Of a stretch of DNA of 64,000 bases, positions 1 through 8,530 are shown in pieces (position 1 is the first letter of the stretch; every line of letters starts with the position of its first letter). Position numbers and translations under genes: made by a program. A model generated the notes under the pieces. The model searched no databases and was not told where the DNA came from. It worked only from the letters and a program-made list of their open reading frames with translations. Origin of the DNA: a virus (taxonomy: Duplodnaviria > Caudoviricetes). Location of the stretch: positions 10,165 to 74,164 of IMG/VR virus record IMGVR_UViG_3300033075_000403; one strand, given 5' to 3'.

Positions 1-44
1 GGAACGCCCGACGACGTGCCGGGCGCGTTTGGTTGACGTTTAGA

Positions 45-311
45 CTAGGTTTCGTCGGTGTTCTTCAATGATTCATTGTACTTTTTCAACCACGTCTTTT
101 CGTCCCAGTGCTTTCTAATCCATGCTTTCAAGCGTTTTTCACTCGGTTCGGTTTTCGATGGCATGGGTGGAACGTCGTCGTAAGCCCCTCCGAACCGCGT
201 TCCCTCGCCGTCCCAGTCCGCCCAGCAATTGAACGGGTACACGCGCATACCGCTTTTCGTGCGATAGCTCCCGCAAAAATCCATTACGCAAATTGTTACT
301 TGCTCTTGCAC
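45..311 (-). CDS. hypothetical early protein (88 aa)
   Basis: GTG start preceded by GAGGG; co-oriented with the early cassette block. Confidence 0.6.
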   Translation of the reverse strand: MQEQVTICVMDFCGSYRTKSGMRVYPFNCWADWDGEGTRFGGAYDDVPPMPSKTEPSEKRLKAWIRKHWDEKTWLKKYNESLKNTDET

Positions 312-399
312 GGTTTTCCCTCACAACGTGATTGTGATTTGATACAGTCCTTCGCCCGGTTGCGAAGCCGGCGGCGCGTCGCGGGGGATTGGTTGACGC

Positions 400-933
400 T
401 TAGACCATGTTGCCGTGCTCGTCAAATTCGTATTCGTTCGCGTCGCAGGTTTCGCGGAACGCTTCCATGCTCGTTTGATATTCGTAGTCGGCTTGGCAAG
501 CGTACAACCAGGTTTCCCCAGCGGCGCGCATCAGATCGTCAAGATCCGTTTCGCCGTCCTTCAAGAATGCTTTGCGGAATCCGTCGATGGCGCTTTCATC
601 GTGGCAGAATCCTGTTAGCTTGCAATCGCCGTGTCCCTTGAACGTCTCAGGGTTGAACGTGCCGAGTTGTTCCAATCGTTCCGCGATCTCGTCATGTCCC
701 ATATCGTCGGGCATGTTGAAGTGCAGGTGCGAGTGCGCCGCGCAGCTCCAATCAATGCGCCAATCCGAGAGAGAACCGCCGAAGTGCTCCGCCAATTTCT
801 TGAGGGATGCGAGCGCGTCGTCGCCCCAGTGATATTCTTCGTGGAGGTTGAATTGTTCTAGGGCGCGCTCTTGCACGTCCTGAGGGAGTTCCTCAAGCTT
901 GTAGATGATCCGCGTCGTCGTTTCGGTGCGCAT
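400..933 (-). CDS. hypothetical early protein
   Basis: ATG at 933 preceded by GGAGAATCGAACC; acidic protein-like sequence; promoter and hairpin directly upstream. Confidence 0.75.
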   Translation of the reverse strand: MRTETTTRIIYKLEELPQDVQERALEQFNLHEEYHWGDDALASLKKLAEHFGGSLSDWRIDWSCAAHSHLHFNMPDDMGHDEIAERLEQLGTFNPETFKGHGDCKLTGFCHDESAIDGFRKAFLKDGETDLDDLMRAAGETWLYACQADYEYQTSMEAFRETCDANEYEFDEHGNMV

Positions 934-992
934 GGTTCGATTCTCCAGGAAGGTAGGGTGGAAGGAGGGAACGCGCGCGTTCCCCATAATGG

Positions 993-1021
993 ATTCTAGG
1001 CCGATTGTCGGCGATTGTCAA
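993..1021 (-). promoter_or_regulatory. sigma70-type early promoter
   Basis: TTGACA-17 nt-TAGAAT on minus strand; -35 overlaps the TGA stop of the upstream gene; followed by hairpin GGGAACG/CGTTCCC (967-984). Confidence 0.75.
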
Positions 1022-1392
1022 AACCCGTAGATTTTACCATCGTCGCCTACGTACAGATTAACCGTGCCGTAAACCTTGCTTGCTTTGGTCAATCGCGTTC
1101 CGACATCGTGCGGCCAATCGCCATCCCAAAAGCCGGCTCCGTGCCCGTTGCGGGTAAGCCAGAAATCGTACCCGGCTTGCTTCAAGTTGCTGCCGATGTC
1201 GTCGGCATGGTCGGCGAGGAACGCCGAAACGTCGTTCTGCGCTGACGCCAGCGATTCCGGGGAGATGTCTTCGATGCCATAGTTGTCATCTAGTGGTGCG
1301 CCATCGTTCCCGTCCTCGTCATACTCGCACGAGGACCACAAGGCGCATTCAAGGTAGGCGCGTAGCATCGGGCATTCGATTTTGTGTCCCAT
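1018..1392 (-). CDS. conserved phage hypothetical protein
   Basis: YLECALWSS and GYDFWLTRNGHGAGFWDG, a motif I recall from phage hypothetical proteins; RBS GAGGATTGGACAATG. Confidence 0.75.
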   Translation of the reverse strand: MGHKIECPMLRAYLECALWSSCEYDEDGNDGAPLDDNYGIEDISPESLASAQNDVSAFLADHADDIGSNLKQAGYDFWLTRNGHGAGFWDGDWPHDVGTRLTKASKVYGTVNLYVGDDGKIYGF

Positions 1393-1486
1393 TGTCCAAT
1401 CCTCAAAAGGTTAATTGTGCTTCCCGAACAAAGGGAGGAATGATCCTCCCAAGGTTTCGCGCCTTGCGAGCGCTCATCAGCGGGAT

Positions 1487-2065
1487 TTATTCTTCGGCGT
1501 CTGCTGGCGGAGTGTAGACGCATTCGCCCGTATCGACGCGATAGACCGGATATGGGCAGGGGTTGTCATCGTCGAACCAGTCCGCAGCGAAGCAATAGGT
1601 GCGCGGTCCGCTCTCGCATGGGTTCTCAAGATACCCAGCACCGGGCGCGCAGGGGGAGCAGAATTGAGCACGAGTGTAGTAGGGGCTTGAGACAAGGAAA
1701 ACGTCGTTGTAGTCGTCGATGGTCGCCTTGTATTCGCCATCGTCCAGTGTCCAGCCGCACGGTTCATCGCCAAAGCAATCGGACGATTCGAGATAGTGGC
1801 CGCAGCTCTCGCAAGCATAGTCCGCGCAGGAGCGATAGCCCGTGCGAATGTGCGGGTAATCACAGTGCTTTTCATCATCGTAGGAAACGATATCATTCCC
1901 GCAGTTTGGGCAATGGGGATCGCCATAGTCTGCTTCAAATGCTTCCCACGATTCACACACAAGCGCGTTCATGTTGATGACGCCGAACCGAATACCCGTT
2001 TTCTTGTCAATGTTCGTGGCTCCGTGCCCGTAGTCGATGCCGACATAGTTCGTTTTTCCGCTCAT
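1487..2065 (-). CDS. hypothetical protein with CxxC Zn-ribbon motifs
   Basis: CPNC, CESC, CSPC; RBS GAGGATTGGAACCATG. Confidence 0.75.
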   Translation of the reverse strand: MSGKTNYVGIDYGHGATNIDKKTGIRFGVINMNALVCESWEAFEADYGDPHCPNCGNDIVSYDDEKHCDYPHIRTGYRSCADYACESCGHYLESSDCFGDEPCGWTLDDGEYKATIDDYNDVFLVSSPYYTRAQFCSPCAPGAGYLENPCESGPRTYCFAADWFDDDNPCPYPVYRVDTGECVYTPPADAEE

Positions 2066-2121
2066 GGTTCCAATCCTCAGATTGTGTCAAGGTAGGGGCG
2101 CGACGTGCGCCCCGTAGTGTA

Positions 2122-2149
2122 ATCGTAGCTTTGTGTCGTCGAATGTCAA
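2122..2149 (-). promoter_or_regulatory. sigma70-type early promoter
   Basis: TTGACA-16 nt-TACGAT, followed by GGGGCG/CGCCCC hairpin at 2095-2113. Confidence 0.75.
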
Positions 2150-2166
2150 GGGCGAAAATGGATTGA

Positions 2167-2367
2167 CTACTTCCCAGCGCGGAGCCGCCGAAGGATGTCC
2201 GCCGGCTTGACGCCGCGCCTTAGCAGCTTGACGCCACGAGAAACCAGCGCTAGCTCCTCTTGCCACGTTAGACCGTTAAAGCGGCTTGCCAGTGACCGCG
2301 CCAGCTGCGCGGCTTGCTGAAGACGTTCGCGCGTGGCGGCCATCTTGTCGTGTGTGCTCATGTCCAT
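2167..2367 (-). CDS. small basic hypothetical protein
   Basis: start context AGGATCTGCACAATG shared with neighbouring genes. Confidence 0.65.
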   Translation of the reverse strand: MDMSTHDKMAATRERLQQAAQLARSLASRFNGLTWQEELALVSRGVKLLRRGVKPADILRRLRAGK

Positions 2368-2463
2368 TGTGCAGATCCTCTTGAGAGAACAGGGAGTAGG
2401 GGCGAAACGTCCTCACCAGTTCACGAGACTGGCGTTCTCACGTGGATTGCAGGACGATAGACG

Positions 2464-2850
2464 TTACTTGTCGCCGATTGCAGCATTGAAGCACGCGCAG
2501 AACGACAACGGGACGTTGGGCAGTTGAACGATGCTCAATCCTTCGGTATCGTAGAGCTTGCAATCGTTGCCAAGTGCAATCAATCGCTCTTGATCGGCGC
2601 TGGTTGGGTAGTCGGTGGCCATCAGCTCATCATCGACTTCCAGGAATTCGAGCTTTCCCGAATCGGCCACGATGTCAAGCGCGTCCTGCTCGTTGTCGGC
2701 AAATGCGACTGCGACAACGAAGCCGTGGTCATGGAACAGGAACGTCTTGACGTTGGCGCTCCCAGCAGCTTGCCAATCGTCCAGGTTGATGACGTCGTTG
2801 TCGGTGAAACGGACGCGAGAGACTTCAGAGACGTTGATGCGATTGCCCAT
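2464..2850 (-). CDS. hypothetical early protein
   Basis: start context AAAGGATCTGCACAATG at 2850; acidic globular sequence. Confidence 0.7.
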   Translation of the reverse strand: MGNRINVSEVSRVRFTDNDVINLDDWQAAGSANVKTFLFHDHGFVVAVAFADNEQDALDIVADSGKLEFLEVDDELMATDYPTSADQERLIALGNDCKLYDTEGLSIVQLPNVPLSFCACFNAAIGDK

Positions 2851-2907
2851 TGTGCAGATCCTTTGAAGAGAAACGATAGGGGCGAGACGTTCGCCCCGTG
2901 TAAGGGA

Positions 2908-2936
2908 ATGATACGCTTGTTGTCGTCGAATGTCAA
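2908..2936 (-). promoter_or_regulatory. sigma70-type early promoter
   Basis: TTGACA-17 nt-TATCAT, followed by GGGGCG/CGCCCC hairpin at 2879-2897; 17-bp exact repeat with the 2122-2149 promoter. Confidence 0.8.
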
Positions 2937-2941
2937 GCCGA

Positions 2942-3130
2942 TTATTTCCGCGCTTGCAGGTCAGAGACCTGTTTCCGGGCCGTCGCAAGATCTTGCTTGG
3001 CGCGATGCAGTTGGCAACGTAGGGTGTGCTCCGCCACATCGTCCAGCGCGAGAATCGAGTAGGCGGCCAGCGCGGTTCCGATGATGACGCCGATGCCAAG
3101 CGCTGCGAGTAGGTGGAATGATGTCCTCAT
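2942..3130 (-). CDS. small membrane protein (1 TM plus coiled coil)
   Basis: hydrophobic N-terminus LLAALGIGVIIGTALAAYSILAL; RBS AAAGGATCTCCGCATG. Confidence 0.65.
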   Translation of the reverse strand: MRTSFHLLAALGIGVIIGTALAAYSILALDDVAEHTLRCQLHRAKQDLATARKQVSDLQARK

Positions 3131-3159
3131 GCGGAGATCCTTTGCAAAAATGGTGATGA

Positions 3160-3357
3160 TTAGACCGATTCATGTAGACGTTCAGGACGAATCCAGCCGT
3201 CTGAGCCGTCCTCGCGAACGACGTTGACGAATGACACCGTGCCATCGGGACGATATTCGATGTCCTGCACGATGCCGCGCACGCGATTGTTGCGCAGTTG
3301 GCGAGCTGCATGGTGCGGAGTGTACCATACTTTTTGACCGATTGTGAGCTGTTCCAT
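3160..3357 (-). CDS. small KOW/SH3-like hypothetical protein
   Basis: IGQKVWY...RGIVQDI...VNVVREDG...WIRPERL beta-barrel pattern; RBS AAAGGATCTCCACAATG. Confidence 0.65.
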   Translation of the reverse strand: MEQLTIGQKVWYTPHHAARQLRNNRVRGIVQDIEYRPDGTVSFVNVVREDGSDGWIRPERLHESV

Positions 3358-3472
3358 TGTGGAGATCCTTTGGGTATGGGGCTAGAACGTGCTAGGATTG
3401 CGTGTGTGGCGTTTGGAGAGCGCGGGTAGGGGTGGCATAGCTTGAACCCATCCCCGTGTCTCTGGGGCGATT

Positions 3473-3712
3473 CTAGGAGTCCTGCAGGGGAACCGATACA
3501 TGAGCCAGCTGGAAGGCGTCGCATGGTCCACCGTCGCGATAAGCCATGACGCGGAAGGAAATGCCAGCAGGGGAAAGCCAACCATGCACGCGGCAGGGGG
3601 CACAATCCTCAGCCAGTCCCGTTGCAGCGCGTAGCACTCGCACGCGGTCGGCAGGGGAGAGTGAGGTTAGGTCTTGGGGGCGGAGATGGAGAGCGGGGGG
3701 AAGGGTGTCCAT
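3473..3712 (-). CDS. hypothetical early protein
   Basis: start context AAAGGATCTGCACAATG. Confidence 0.55.
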   Translation of the reverse strand: MDTLPPALHLRPQDLTSLSPADRVRVLRAATGLAEDCAPCRVHGWLSPAGISFRVMAYRDGGPCDAFQLAHVSVPLQDS

Positions 3713-3808
3713 TGTGCAGATCCTTTAGGTAGCGGGTAAGGGAAACCTGTAGGGGTTGACGGGCGAGCGCTATTAGCCTGTCCTAAGTCGGCGTGTTAGG
3801 TGAGCCTA

Positions 3809-3840
3809 ACGGACCGCCCCCCGTAGGGGGCGGCTCCGTG
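3809..3840. terminator. GC-rich hairpin, possible terminator or processing site
   Basis: ACGGA-CCGCCCCC-CGTA-GGGGGCGG-CTCCGT just after the 3847 stop; no clear U-tract. Confidence 0.4.
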
Positions 3841-3846
3841 TCGGAG

Positions 3847-3978
3847 TTACCAGCTGAACCAGCGCTTCCACCATACTTTGTAGGTGGATTTTCGCATGGT
3901 CTTTTCCAGTGCCAGCCATGCCTCTGACCCGACAGGCTCCATCACTCCATCGTCGTTCCGCCAGTAGACCTTAGCCAT
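3847..3978 (-). CDS. 43-aa Trp-rich peptide (below ORF-track cutoff)
   Basis: MAKVYWRNDDGVMEPVGSEAWLALEKTMRKSTYKVWWKRWFSW; RBS GAGGGCAGGACAATG, directly behind a promoter. Confidence 0.55.
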   Translation of the reverse strand: MAKVYWRNDDGVMEPVGSEAWLALEKTMRKSTYKVWWKRWFSW

Positions 3979-4031
3979 TGTCCTGCCCTCTTGAGATCCT
4001 CGGTCGATCTGACCCTCAGCTCTACCTTATC

Positions 4032-4059
4032 ATTGTAGCACGTCGTCGGCGAAAGTCAA
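4032..4059 (-). promoter_or_regulatory. sigma70-type early promoter
   Basis: TTGACT-16 nt-TACAAT with upstream A-tract. Confidence 0.8.
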
Positions 4060-4097
4060 GAGGGAAATCTTTTTTTTTCCAGAGTTCCCCGATCCGG

Positions 4098-4468
4098 CCT
4101 ACCGTGGACCCTTGTAGGGCATTTCCGGTAGGGTACTACCTCACCGCTCCCCCACCCGTCCAAGTGTGACACCATTTTCACATGCTCCCACGACATTGAA
4201 CGACACCGCCCGAATGTCGCACCACTTTCCCATGCTCCTGCACATTGACCGACATGCCCACTCTCCCCCAAGGGGCCGACGACATTCGCAGACACTCCCC
4301 TCTTCCCGTGTTGGGGTTGCACACCCTACCCCTCGTTTTGGAACGCACGTTTGCTACATTCACGGACATACTCCCTACCGTGGACCCTTGCCGGTGGCTC
4401 GTGTGATTCGTGCAAGAATCGTGGAGAGCTACCCTACCCTGTGTTTTGGAACGATGCGTTGCTACATT
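4098..4468. repeat. two pairs of direct repeats in a non-coding region
   Basis: CCTACCGTGGACCCTTG at 4098-4114 and 4374-4390; ACCCTACCC..GTTTTGGAACG....TTGCTACATT at 4323-4360 and 4431-4468. Confidence 0.75.
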
Positions 4469-4499
4469 GGGCGACATGGTGTATGATCCACATGACGGA

Positions 4500-4725
4500 G
4501 ATTTTGGAATCGTTTTCCCGATGTAAGTTAATTCCAAATTCCACTTCGACGTAACTCTATACTACTACACCACTTAAAATGGAATTACTAGCGTTCCAAA
4601 CCGTTCCAATAATTCCACTTCTTACCCAAAGTGGAACGACTGGAACAGAGTGGAACAGGTCCAATTCCATTTTATCCCCTTGTGTGTTAACGACTTACGA
4701 CAAAGTGGAATTGTGGAATGGAATT
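4500..4725. repeat. AT-rich TGGAA/TTCCA iteron-like array (replication origin candidate)
   Basis: about 14 TGGAA or TTCCA pentamers in alternating orientation blocks, immediately downstream of the RepA-type helicase. Confidence 0.6.
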
Positions 4726-5693
4726 CACAGAGCAACCCTCCACCGTGCAGGCTTGGTCGCTTTCACTGCCACACCGTCTTTCACGAGCTTGTTGAGGGTG
4801 GAACGCACCGATTCCACGTTCTCGTTCTGGATTCCGCTGGCGATCTGTTCCAGGGTAGACCAGTCTCGTTGCTTGGTGAGGAAGTTCCTGATGCGTGTCC
4901 TCATGTCGTCGAGGATGTCTTCCCCTGGGTCCGACATCTCCCACCAAGTACAGGTCTGTGGATCGAACCTCACGGAGAGTACTTTCTCCTCAACGTCCCT
5001 GCCGGTGACGCTCAACTTGCCGTCGTTTGCCATTCGAGGTCGCTCCAGAACCATGTTGGTGTCGGTGGTTCCTGTGAGTCCGTTGGTCCCGCTGGATTTC
5101 TCGTGGATGTCCTCCGCGATCCCTTTACGAGTGTGGTGAACCAGCAAGATCGGACACTTGCCATGGTCGGCGATCTTCTTGATCTCCCCAACATAGTGCG
5201 AGTCCGCGTTGTAGTTCTGACTGTTACCGGACAGTTGAGGACGAAACCTTCCCCACACGTCGATGACGCATAGCCGGGGATTGCTGGCAGCGGAGATCCA
5301 TTCCCTGAGAGACTCGAAACCACCCTCGTGCAAGAGCGGACTATCCGTGACAAGGAAGAACCGACTCACGTTGTCACCCATCCCCATCGTGGGGAGAACC
5401 TTGAGTACACGATCCTTGATTCGTCTCTCCTGATCCTCAAGAGCAAGGTAAAGAACGTCTCCCTGCTCGACCTGACGTGTACCGAGGGCTTTTCCACCCA
5501 TTGCAACGGCGAGTGCGATTCCAAGACTCATCCACGACTTCCCCATCTTGGGAGCGCCGGACAGAAGACTCACTCCCTCACAGAGCAATCCGGGTACAGC
5601 CCACTTGGGAGGAGGTAGATCCGTGGTCATCGTTTCAGAAAGGCACTTTGCTTTGAAGCGTTTCTCCTGCCGTGGTTTGCCGACTTTCGGCAT
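4725..5693 (-). CDS. AAA_25 / RepA-family replicative helicase with C-terminal winged helix
   Basis: Walker A GAPKMGKS, VLYLALED, Walker B LCVIDVW, ILLVHHTRK; start MPKVGK after GGAG. Confidence 0.88.
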   Translation of the reverse strand: MPKVGKPRQEKRFKAKCLSETMTTDLPPPKWAVPGLLCEGVSLLSGAPKMGKSWMSLGIALAVAMGGKALGTRQVEQGDVLYLALEDQERRIKDRVLKVLPTMGMGDNVSRFFLVTDSPLLHEGGFESLREWISAASNPRLCVIDVWGRFRPQLSGNSQNYNADSHYVGEIKKIADHGKCPILLVHHTRKGIAEDIHEKSSGTNGLTGTTDTNMVLERPRMANDGKLSVTGRDVEEKVLSVRFDPQTCTWWEMSDPGEDILDDMRTRIRNFLTKQRDWSTLEQIASGIQNENVESVRSTLNKLVKDGVAVKATKPARWRVAL

Positions 5694-5838
5694 GGCAACT
5701 CCAATGAAAAAACCGCACGCAAACGTCTGGTACACGTCTGCGGCGGTCTGTCAGCCTTGCGGCTGATGTATTGTCTGTCGTCCGATGTACCAGATCGGAC
5801 CACTCTATTCTAACATGCCTGACCCTCGGATTCAATGC

Positions 5839-7059
5839 TCATCCAAGCACCCGTTTTCTTGCTGTGAGGTACGATTCCTCATCCTGCTCGATACCGACGA
5901 AGCGGAATCCCTCCAGCAGGGCGGCCTTCCCCGTGCTTCCACTTCCCAGGAATGGGTCAAGGATAACCCCGTTTGGCGGAGTCACCAAACGGCACAGGTA
6001 TCGCATCAACGCCGTGGGCTTCACCGTGGGATGATTGTTGCCTTCTTCGCGGTCGGCCTTGCTTGTCTTTGCGCAGTAGAAGAAGCGGGCGGCGCTTCCG
6101 GTGTCGCCAAATCCGGTGAGGTCAGACCCACTTCGGCACGAATCAGACCCATAGATGCCGCTTTCCCCGGACGTACCGCGACGCTTGCCGATTGGTTTCC
6201 CGCTTGTGGTATGTGGAAACCCCGCCGTTGCCTCGTCGCTGCCGTCGTGAATGAGGTTGGCTGGCCAGCGGCCAGATGGCGCGTTTCCCGTTGGTTGGGA
6301 TGAAACCTTGATTGCGTTCCCGGTGTCGTGTCGCGAATAGGCGCGGGTTGCTGGCCATGTCTCGACAACGGTTCCAACCCGGCACGCATCGACGTTGATC
6401 GCCCCCGTGCCGTGCGCCAGCACGTTCGCCGCAACGGTTCCGATGAGTGGCTTGCGGGCGAGGATGACAGGCTCATAGGCGGGCTTCAGGGCGGTCCCCC
6501 AGCCTTGCCACTGGCGGGCGGCGTCGGTAGCGGGGGCGGTGATGGGGATGTCCACCGTGATTTGCTTCGCACCCTGACCATACGCTCCGCATCCTTTGGC
6601 ATTTTCGGCATCATTCCCATTCCTCGATAGCGTGTTTAGATTTTCGCCACCCTTCCCTTTCTGAGTCCCCACTACCTCCCGCTCCGCCCCCGCCGCCTTG
6701 TCGATGGCCTTGCTCACGTCGTGCGACTTGGGAAACCCGCTGCCGTAAACCCACATGATGCAGTCGCGAATCTCCCAGCCCGCATCCTCGATGGCACACG
6801 CAAGCCGGTGATAGGTCCGCGTGCCTCCGAACGCCAGTAGGTGCGCACCGGGCTTGGCGACTCGCAACGCTTCTCGCCAGAATGATTCTCCAGGAACACC
6901 GTGGTCCCAATTCTTGCCCATGAACGACAACCCGTAGGGAGGGTCCGTCACCACGGAGTCAATGCTGTCCCCCCGCATCGTCCGCATCACGTCTAGGCAG
7001 TCCCCGTGGTGGAGGACGGCACGGGGATCGTGGTTCGTCGTTTGTCCTATTCGTGGCAT
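5839..7059 (-). CDS. DNA N6-adenine/N4-cytosine methyltransferase (beta-class order)
   Basis: TDPPY catalytic motif before DPFLGSGST SAM motif; HPTVKP. Confidence 0.92.
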   Translation of the reverse strand: MPRIGQTTNHDPRAVLHHGDCLDVMRTMRGDSIDSVVTDPPYGLSFMGKNWDHGVPGESFWREALRVAKPGAHLLAFGGTRTYHRLACAIEDAGWEIRDCIMWVYGSGFPKSHDVSKAIDKAAGAEREVVGTQKGKGGENLNTLSRNGNDAENAKGCGAYGQGAKQITVDIPITAPATDAARQWQGWGTALKPAYEPVILARKPLIGTVAANVLAHGTGAINVDACRVGTVVETWPATRAYSRHDTGNAIKVSSQPTGNAPSGRWPANLIHDGSDEATAGFPHTTSGKPIGKRRGTSGESGIYGSDSCRSGSDLTGFGDTGSAARFFYCAKTSKADREEGNNHPTVKPTALMRYLCRLVTPPNGVILDPFLGSGSTGKAALLEGFRFVGIEQDEESYLTARKRVLG

Positions 7060-7265
7060 GCTTGCTCCTTGCTCAACGATTCGTTTCTCACACTCTCCGG
7101 TACGAGACTGCGTAGAGTTTCCCGTGCTGCCCACGACACGGCATCGACTCCGCGACGTGCCGCCACCTGGTCGAGGATCTGGAGTTGACTCCACAGCACG
7201 CGCTGGGTCTCCAGCAGCAGGGACTTGGGGTTGCCACACACGGGGCAGGTAGTGGGGTGATTCAT
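7047..7265 (-). CDS. small Zn-ribbon hypothetical protein
   Basis: MNHPTTCPVCG; overlaps the methylase start. Confidence 0.55.
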   Translation of the reverse strand: MNHPTTCPVCGNPKSLLLETQRVLWSQLQILDQVAARRGVDAVSWAARETLRSLVPESVRNESLSKEQACHE

Positions 7266-7348
7266 GTGTCTCTCAAGAGAATCACAAGGGTGGGTTCGTG
7301 GTGGAGTTACACAAAGGGTGTCGTTAAAGGCGACACCCTTGTTGACCG

Positions 7349-7645
7349 TCATCGCCCATCTTCCATTGGAACTAGTTTCAGCGGGATCGCGTCGGCGTCG
7401 AGTTTTGGAAACTCGACCCACGCTTCCCACTCCCTGGTGATTGTTGCGAGTCTTGCCCTCAACTTACCTAAATCAAGCACCACGCAATCACGTCCATCCC
7501 ACCGCAGAAAGTCCCCGACCTGCCACGCACGCGGCTCGTCTGGCGGGGCCAGATCGAGGAGCATGTCTGCGGCTTCCGAGTACCCAACTTGCTTGATAGC
7601 GTCCACCATCTTCAGCACTTCCGGTCGCGTGTACTTCTTCGTCAT
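7349..7645 (-). CDS. hypothetical protein
   Basis: GAGGTG RBS, ATGA coupling with upstream gene. Confidence 0.65.
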   Translation of the reverse strand: MTKKYTRPEVLKMVDAIKQVGYSEAADMLLDLAPPDEPRAWQVGDFLRWDGRDCVVLDLGKLRARLATITREWEAWVEFPKLDADAIPLKLVPMEDGR

Positions 7646-7914
7646 GGCTTCACCTCGTTGAGAAATCGTTTCAGGGACTCCAAGTGGTGTTTCTCCGCGT
7701 GTTTTACAGCTTGGGAACGGTATCTAAACACCCTGGTGCAGTTGAGCGTACAGGCCGCCCTCTCCTGTTTCCACGACCAGTTCCTACACGTCTTGACGCC
7801 TTTTGCGGGTTTATCCAGCCTGTGGATTATGAAGATACCCATGACACCAGAAGCGGTTAAACCGCCGTCATCCCAGTCCCTCCACTCCAACGGTTTGACG
7901 GTGTAAGTTTTCAT
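7642..7914 (-). CDS. hypothetical protein
   Basis: AGGAGG RBS, ATGA coupling; VKPLEW motif also in the 46271 protein (IKPLKW). Confidence 0.65.
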   Translation of the reverse strand: MKTYTVKPLEWRDWDDGGLTASGVMGIFIIHRLDKPAKGVKTCRNWSWKQERAACTLNCTRVFRYRSQAVKHAEKHHLESLKRFLNEVKP

Positions 7915-8423
7915 GCTTCACCTCCTTCAGTTTGAATCTCCAGTTCAAGTTGCTCCGTTGTTGGAAGACCAAGGTGTCTGCACAGATTGTCATGCGTTCT
8001 GGCAGTTGATTCCCCACCAATACCGCTGCACATTGGCTCTCTGCGGAAGTCCCCGATACGGACCACCCGCTTACCGTCCTCCATCTGTTGGAGAATCCAC
8101 AAGAAGAGTGATTCTGCTTCCTCCTTGGATGTAGGGTCAGTCAGGTGGAGAACCTCCGACACGGTGGAGAGGTGGTCGGCGAGGGAGACACTCCACCCAT
8201 CCAGGAACCTACCCACGAGAAACGTGTGGGCCTTCTCTGTGTTTACTGCTTCGCCGCAACGGTTCACGATCCACATACGGTTGCTCCTTGAAAAAGAAAA
8301 ACCGCCCACCCCTGGGTCAGCAGAGATGGACGGCTGGCTGGGTTTCCCCAGAACATGCGGGCAAAGAATTGCCGTGGGGTCTTTCCAAGCGATAACCCAC
8401 GACGAGCGGCCCGCGTGATTCAA
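7911..8423 (-). CDS. hypothetical protein (start uncertain)
   Basis: first ORF behind the 8448-8475 promoter; translationally coupled to 7914. Confidence 0.55.
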   Translation of the reverse strand: MNHAGRSSWVIAWKDPTAILCPHVLGKPSQPSISADPGVGGFSFSRSNRMWIVNRCGEAVNTEKAHTFLVGRFLDGWSVSLADHLSTVSEVLHLTDPTSKEEAESLFLWILQQMEDGKRVVRIGDFRREPMCSGIGGESTARTHDNLCRHLGLPTTEQLELEIQTEGGEA

Positions 8424-8447
8424 AGTGACCTGACCGTCACTGATAGA

Positions 8448-8475
8448 ATGGTAGCGTCGTGCTTGTGAAAGTCAA
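8448..8475 (-). promoter_or_regulatory. sigma70-type promoter, divergent from terL
   Basis: TTGACT-16 nt-TACCAT. Confidence 0.7.
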
Positions 8476-8530
8476 GAGGATTCGCTAGAATCGCCTGAAA
8501 TAACCTTCCGAGGACCGTCCTGTGGCTGTC

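Noticed and set aside
29-405. Integron attC sites in the early region
   Set aside because: The core reads GTCTAA(G/A), not RYYYAAC; there is no matching GTTRRRY end and no integrase in the window.
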